64,000 nucleotides of DNA from an uncultured delta proteobacterium (lineage in GTDB: Bacteria > Desulfobacterota > Binatia > Binatales > Binataceae). A program made the translations under genes and the position numbers. Of the stretch, positions 59,326 to 64,000 are shown piece by piece. The DNA lies in contig CAVXXK010000003.1 in NCBI GenBank assembly GCA_963765675.1, positions 416,001 through 480,000 on the forward strand. The letters are read 5' to 3'. Positions within the stretch are counted from its first letter, which is position 1, and each line of letters begins with the position of its first letter. A model generated the notes under the pieces. The model was given only the letters and a program-made list of their open reading frames with translations, did no database searches and had not been told where the DNA came from.

Positions 59326-62097
59326 CTAATGATTCGTCGCGGGCGTCTTGCCCAGATCCCGTCCGAGACGATCCATCCGCTGTCCGAATTCGGTCCAGTC
59401 TCCCGACTTGAGCGCGTCGAGCGCGCGCGAATAATCCGACGGTGCGTCACCCATGGCAGCCGACGGTGGCGGCGGCGGCGGCGGCGGAGCTTTCGCGGCG
59501 GCAGCCGGAGCGGCAGGCGCCGCGGCGCCAACTGTCGTGACGGTTGGTGGCTCCATCGAAACCGGCTCCGGACCAAACAGCGCGTGCATCGTGGAATCCA
59601 AGGTCTCGCCCATCACGACCCGGTCGCTGTACGACGCGATCACGCGTTGCAGCTCTGGGAGCTGTCCGTTCTCGGCGCGGATATAGAGCGGCTCGACGTA
59701 GAGCAGGGAATCCTGAACCGGGATCACCAGCAGATTGCCGAGCACGACCTTCGAGCCCATCTGATTCCACAGCGCCAGCTCGCGCGAGATGTAGGGGTTC
59801 TGATTGATACGCGCCTGGATCTGGTACGGACCGTAGAAGAGCTTGTCCTTCGAGAACGAATACTCGAACAGATGCCCGTAGTCGGCGCCGTCGCATCGCG
59901 CGGCCAGCCACGAAATCATGTTGTCGCGCCCCTGCGGCACCATCGGCAGCATCAGGATGTACTCGGCGTGGGACTCGCCCGGCAGCCGCATGATCACATA
60001 GTAGGGCTGCATCGGCACGGTCTCTCCGCCGAAGTTCTCGCGCGGGAATCCCCACAGATCTTCGCGGTTATAGAACACCTGCGGGTCGGTCATATGGTAG
60101 GTGCTGTAAATGTCGGCCTGGATTAGGAACAGGTCTTCCGGATAACGGATATGCGCGTGCAAATCCGCCGGCATCGAATCAAGCGGCTTGAACAGATCGG
60201 GGAAGATTTTCTCCCAGGTCTTGATTATCGGGTCGTCGGGATCCGACACGTAAAAGTCCGTCTTGCCAGAATACGCGTCGACCACAACCTTGACCGAATT
60301 GCGGATGTAGTTGATCCCGTCGCCGTTGCGCTGGGAGTAGGGATAATGATCGCTCACCGTGTATGCATCGACGATCCAGACGACATGCCCGTCGTGCAGG
60401 ACTGGATACGGATCGCGGTCCAGATGCAGGAACGGGGCGATATATGAGATCCGGGTGACAAGATTGCGCCGGATCATGATTCTGCTCTTATCGACGATCG
60501 TCCGGGTCACCAGCAGATTGATGTCGCGGAACATGAAGCTGAACAGCAGCCGGCGCCAGAACCCCGCGATCGGCACTCCGCCCGAACCTTTGTAATACGC
60601 GAACACGTTGGCGGTCCCGCTGGCATAATCAAACTCGGGTGTGGACGCATCGACGACGCAGTAGTTATCCGGCTCTTCGCCAAAGTATATTCCGGGCTGA
60701 TCGATCTTGAGCCCCACGTTCGAACTCGCGGGAATATCCTTGACGTAGAAAATCGGCAGGCCTTCGGAATCTTTCGAGTTCACCGGGCTCATCGCTATGC
60801 CGGCGCCGTGGGTGAATTTCAGATGCTGGTTGATCCAGGTTTGCGCGTTGTCGGGAAGCTGCGCGACGTTCAACTCGCGCGCGGAGAGCAGCACTTCGGT
60901 GTAGTTGTTTTGGATATTGTAGCGGTCGATGTCGACGTCCTTGAAGTCGTAGTAGAGCCGGATTTCCTGGAGCTGGCGGTAGGTCGCGAGCAGCGGACGC
61001 GGATCCCACAGGCGGATATTCTTGATCGTCGGCGCGTCCTCCTGAATCGAGGTCATCGTGAGCGCGCCCTTGCCGCCGAAGGGTTTCACGTCGACGCCGT
61101 CAAGCTTGTAGGCCCGCCGGGTCATCTCGATGTTCTGCTCCAGGTACGGACGCTCGACGTGCAATTCGTCGGGTTTGACGATCAGGCGCTCGAGCACCGG
61201 CTGGAGAAAATTCAGAATCAGAGCAGGAGCGAACACGATCACCGCCGCGATCACGGGGCGGCGCAGCCCCTTTGCGCTGAAATTCGAAAAACAGATCACC
61301 GCCGCTATGATCGACAGCAGCACCAGCAGCCACAGGCCCGGACGCCACAGAATCGAGTCGACGTAGCGCAGGCCGAAGACCACGCCGTTGGTGTGAAGCA
61401 AAAGTCCGAAACGCGCCAGCCAATAGCTCATCGCGCGCTGGACGAAAAAGAATCCCAGGATGACCGAGAGATGCGCGGCCGCGCCCGGTGCGACTCGCGG
61501 CGGCGATTCACGGAAATCCAGCGCGCCGCGCACCCAATAGACCGCGACGGCGGCCGCGCCCGCCAGGAAAATTATGAGCAGGAACAGGTCGCGGAAATCC
61601 TCGAGCAGCGGCAGCGTGAAGACATAGAAGCCGACGTCATTGCCAAAGGCCTTTTCAGTCACGCCAAAGGGAACGCCGTAAAACGACTTGAGGTAGATGT
61701 CCCAGCTCGCGGCCTCGCCCTGCGCAGCGAGAATTGCGAGCACGGCCGCGCCGATCACGACGATCGTTTTCCACGGCACGCGTTCGCCGAGCGCGCGGAT
61801 CAGCTCGGGAAGATTGACCTCGGTCATCTGGTCGGGCCGGCGCACGACGTGCAGCCGCTCACGATCGCGGCTGAGCGCGACCGCAACCAGACCACTGGCC
61901 GCAATCACGACGAACGCCACCAGCCATACCCCGAGAAAAATCAGGACTTCGGCGGTTACCTCGATCGCAAACACCTGCTCGAAGCCCAGGGCACTGAACC
62001 ACAACAGGTCAACAAAGAAGGTATCGGCTATGGACAGAACGACGAGTGCGGCGATTATTATCGCGGCAATACCGAAGAGAATTGTTCTCGGACGCAT
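59326..62097 (-). CDS. UPF0182 family membrane protein
   Basis: NIRLWD, DIDRY, HLKFTHG, NYIRNSVK, YPEDLF, PYY, GNLLVIP, YVEPLY. Confidence 0.93.
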   Translation of the reverse strand: MRPRTILFGIAAIIIAALVVLSIADTFFVDLLWFSALGFEQVFAIEVTAEVLIFLGVWLVAFVVIAASGLVAVALSRDRERLHVVRRPDQMTEVNLPELIRALGERVPWKTIVVIGAAVLAILAAQGEAASWDIYLKSFYGVPFGVTEKAFGNDVGFYVFTLPLLEDFRDLFLLIIFLAGAAAVAVYWVRGALDFRESPPRVAPGAAAHLSVILGFFFVQRAMSYWLARFGLLLHTNGVVFGLRYVDSILWRPGLWLLVLLSIIAAVICFSNFSAKGLRRPVIAAVIVFAPALILNFLQPVLERLIVKPDELHVERPYLEQNIEMTRRAYKLDGVDVKPFGGKGALTMTSIQEDAPTIKNIRLWDPRPLLATYRQLQEIRLYYDFKDVDIDRYNIQNNYTEVLLSARELNVAQLPDNAQTWINQHLKFTHGAGIAMSPVNSKDSEGLPIFYVKDIPASSNVGLKIDQPGIYFGEEPDNYCVVDASTPEFDYASGTANVFAYYKGSGGVPIAGFWRRLLFSFMFRDINLLVTRTIVDKSRIMIRRNLVTRISYIAPFLHLDRDPYPVLHDGHVVWIVDAYTVSDHYPYSQRNGDGINYIRNSVKVVVDAYSGKTDFYVSDPDDPIIKTWEKIFPDLFKPLDSMPADLHAHIRYPEDLFLIQADIYSTYHMTDPQVFYNREDLWGFPRENFGGETVPMQPYYVIMRLPGESHAEYILMLPMVPQGRDNMISWLAARCDGADYGHLFEYSFSKDKLFYGPYQIQARINQNPYISRELALWNQMGSKVVLGNLLVIPVQDSLLYVEPLYIRAENGQLPELQRVIASYSDRVVMGETLDSTMHALFGPEPVSMEPPTVTTVGAAAPAAPAAAAKAPPPPPPPPSAAMGDAPSDYSRALDALKSGDWTEFGQRMDRLGRDLGKTPATNH

Positions 62098-62124
62098 CAG
62101 GGTGTCTGGCTACTCGAAGTGCGG

Positions 62125-62439
62125 TTACTCGCCCCGTGCGATCCGGCTAACGTGCTCGCGAACGAGATCGGGCGGGCACAGCCAGACGAACAGTTTGAGG
62201 GCGGCGAAGGCCACCAGGATCCAGTCAAGCTCGCCGATGAGCGGGATAAAGTCCAGCTCGAGCGCGGGCGGCGTCAGCATCAGGAGGAAAGCGAGCACCG
62301 GCACCGTCTTGGGCAATAGCGGGACGCGCGAATCGGCCATCAGGCGCCAGAACACGCGCACGAACTGAGGCAGGAAAGCAAAGAATCTGCCGACCGTCAT
62401 CGGCGACAGAAATTGCATGCGCAGGAATTGCCGGAACAT
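62125..62439 (-). CDS. YkvA/DUF1232 family membrane protein
   Basis: DSRVPLLPK, DFIPLIGELD. Confidence 0.8.
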   Translation of the reverse strand: MFRQFLRMQFLSPMTVGRFFAFLPQFVRVFWRLMADSRVPLLPKTVPVLAFLLMLTPPALELDFIPLIGELDWILVAFAALKLFVWLCPPDLVREHVSRIARGE

Positions 62440-62567
62440 CTAGAAGATCCCCACAGGCGCTACTTTAGCACACGCGCGCCCCCAAGATGCCATCAATTAC
62501 GGACCGGGACCGCGCCGATTTTCTGGTACAATACGCGGCGGCTGGCGTAGGAAAGGAGGCTCGCGGG

Positions 62568-64000
62568 TTGAAACGGCACATGACACTGGGCGACTTTCTG
62601 GTCGCATACCTGCGCAAAATCGGCGTCGATACGATTTTCGGAATCCCGGGCGATCTCGCGCTCAAATTGTTCTTCGCTCTGGGCAAGCGCCACGGCATCA
62701 GGATCGTCACGCTCTCGCACGAGCCGGGAATCGGGTTCGCGGCCGACGGATACGCGCGCGCAACCGGCAAGATCGGGGTCGCGTGCGTCACCTACGGCGC
62801 GGGCGGCCACAACATGGTCAACCCGGTGGCGGGATCGTTCTCCGAGCGCGTGCCGATTCTGATCTTCTCCGGCGGTCCCGGCGAAGAAGAGCGCAAGCTC
62901 GGCACGCTTATCCATCATCAGGCCCGCGAGATCGAATCGCAGCATCGCATCTACCAGGAGGTCACGTGCGCGTCGCGCGTGCTGACCGATCCAAACACCG
63001 CGGCGCGGGAGCTGCACGCGGTGGTCCGCGCCATCTGGGCCGAGCAGCGACCCGGCTACGTCGAGATTCATCGCGACATGGTCGATCGGGTGATCGAAGT
63101 GCCCGAAGAGCTGATCGAGTGGGACGGCCATCTGCACTTCAGCGAATCGGATTCGCGCAAGGTCGAGGAAGCCGCGCGCGAGGCCGCCGAGATGTTCAAC
63201 GCGAGCCGCCACCCGGTCGTGATCGCGGGAATCGAGATTCATCGCTACAAGGCCGCGCACGAGTTGGTCGAGCTGGCTGAAAAGATGGGCGCGCCAGTGT
63301 GCACCACGGTGCTTGGCAAGGGCGCCTTCCCGATGGACCATCCGCAATACATGGGCGTGCACGTGGGGCCGATCAGTCCCGCGCCGATCGTCGAGCGGAT
63401 GGACGAGGCTGACTTTGTGCTCAACCTCGGGTGCCTCAAGACGGACATGAATTTCGGTAATCGTCCGCCGCGCGTGATCCAGGACCAGTCGGTATGGGCG
63501 GTCGATCGCAAGGTGGACGTGAAGTACCACACCTATATCGATGTGGGCGTGCGCGATTTCGTGCGCGCGATGCTGCACCAGAAGCTGCGCCATCACGAGG
63601 AGCGGGTCGCCTACGCCGACAACCTTGGCGACGTCTCGAAGGCGGAGAACAGGCAGATTCGCGTTGCGCAGATTTTGGTCGCGGTCAACCAGTTTCTCGC
63701 CACGCACAAAAACTACCTCGTCGTCACCGAGTCGGGCGACATGCTGTTCGGCGGACTCGACGTGCGCGTGCCGCATCACAGCACCTACCTGGCGCAGGGG
63801 TTTTACGCCTCGATGGGATTTGCGGTGCCGGCCGCGATGGGCGCGCAGATGGGCGGAGGGATGCGGCCGATCGTGCTGTGCGGCGACGGCGGCTTTCAGA
63901 TGACCGGTCCGGAAATCTCGCACGCACCGATGATGGGCATCAATCCGATCGTGGTGATCATCAACAATGGCGGCTGGGGCATCTTCCGGCCAATCGTCGA
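62568..64000 (+). CDS. ThDP-dependent alpha-keto acid decarboxylase (indolepyruvate/phenylpyruvate decarboxylase-like), runs off the window
   Basis: SD AGGAGG + TTG; FGIPGD, HEPGIGFAADGYAR, TYGAG, IHH, GDGGFQMTG...INN ThDP motif. Confidence 0.88.
   Translation, partial: MKRHMTLGDFLVAYLRKIGVDTIFGIPGDLALKLFFALGKRHGIRIVTLSHEPGIGFAADGYARATGKIGVACVTYGAGGHNMVNPVAGSFSERVPILIFSGGPGEEERKLGTLIHHQAREIESQHRIYQEVTCASRVLTDPNTAARELHAVVRAIWAEQRPGYVEIHRDMVDRVIEVPEELIEWDGHLHFSESDSRKVEEAAREAAEMFNASRHPVVIAGIEIHRYKAAHELVELAEKMGAPVCTTVLGKGAFPMDHPQYMGVHVGPISPAPIVERMDEADFVLNLGCLKTDMNFGNRPPRVIQDQSVWAVDRKVDVKYHTYIDVGVRDFVRAMLHQKLRHHEERVAYADNLGDVSKAENRQIRVAQILVAVNQFLATHKNYLVVTESGDMLFGGLDVRVPHHSTYLAQGFYASMGFAVPAAMGAQMGGGMRPIVLCGDGGFQMTGPEISHAPMMGINPIVVIINNGGWGIFRPIV

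Noticed and set aside
32604-64000. Auxin (IAA) pathway from trpE, keto-acid decarboxylase and aldehyde dehydrogenase
   Set aside because: Genes are about 30 kb apart and substrate specificity cannot be read from the motifs

Overview
High-GC bacterial chromosome segment, mostly housekeeping and metabolic genes: trpE with a Trp-rich attenuator, argS, recD2, folD/gcvT-gcvPA-gcvPB, mobA, mutS-amiC-glnD-xerD-S2P-scpA-scpB, dnaB, a two-component pair, UPF0182 and a ThDP decarboxylase. The gene repertoire is compatible with Candidatus Binatota or related lineages (inference only). No rRNA, tRNA, CRISPR array or intact transposase was seen. The best candidate for an undescribed system is a more AT-rich four-gene insert at 1054-4531. 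It holds an isoprenoid-synthase-fold protein (DDxxD) and a divergent LuxI/FeeM-like GNAT protein, facing away from a coupled IrrE/ImmA HExxH peptidase and XRE regulator. The spacer carries three palindromic operator-like sites and a possible 22-aa peptide ORF, and a distant paralogue of the GNAT protein lies at 31598-32359. Other points of note are a palindromic repeat inserted in frame into mutS, three nested palindromic REP-like elements in 3' regions, and DnaA boxes at folD/gcvT and dnaB. Several genes, including essential argS, are broken by apparent single-base insertions, which suggests assembly errors. All product calls come from motif recognition by eye; no database searches were run.
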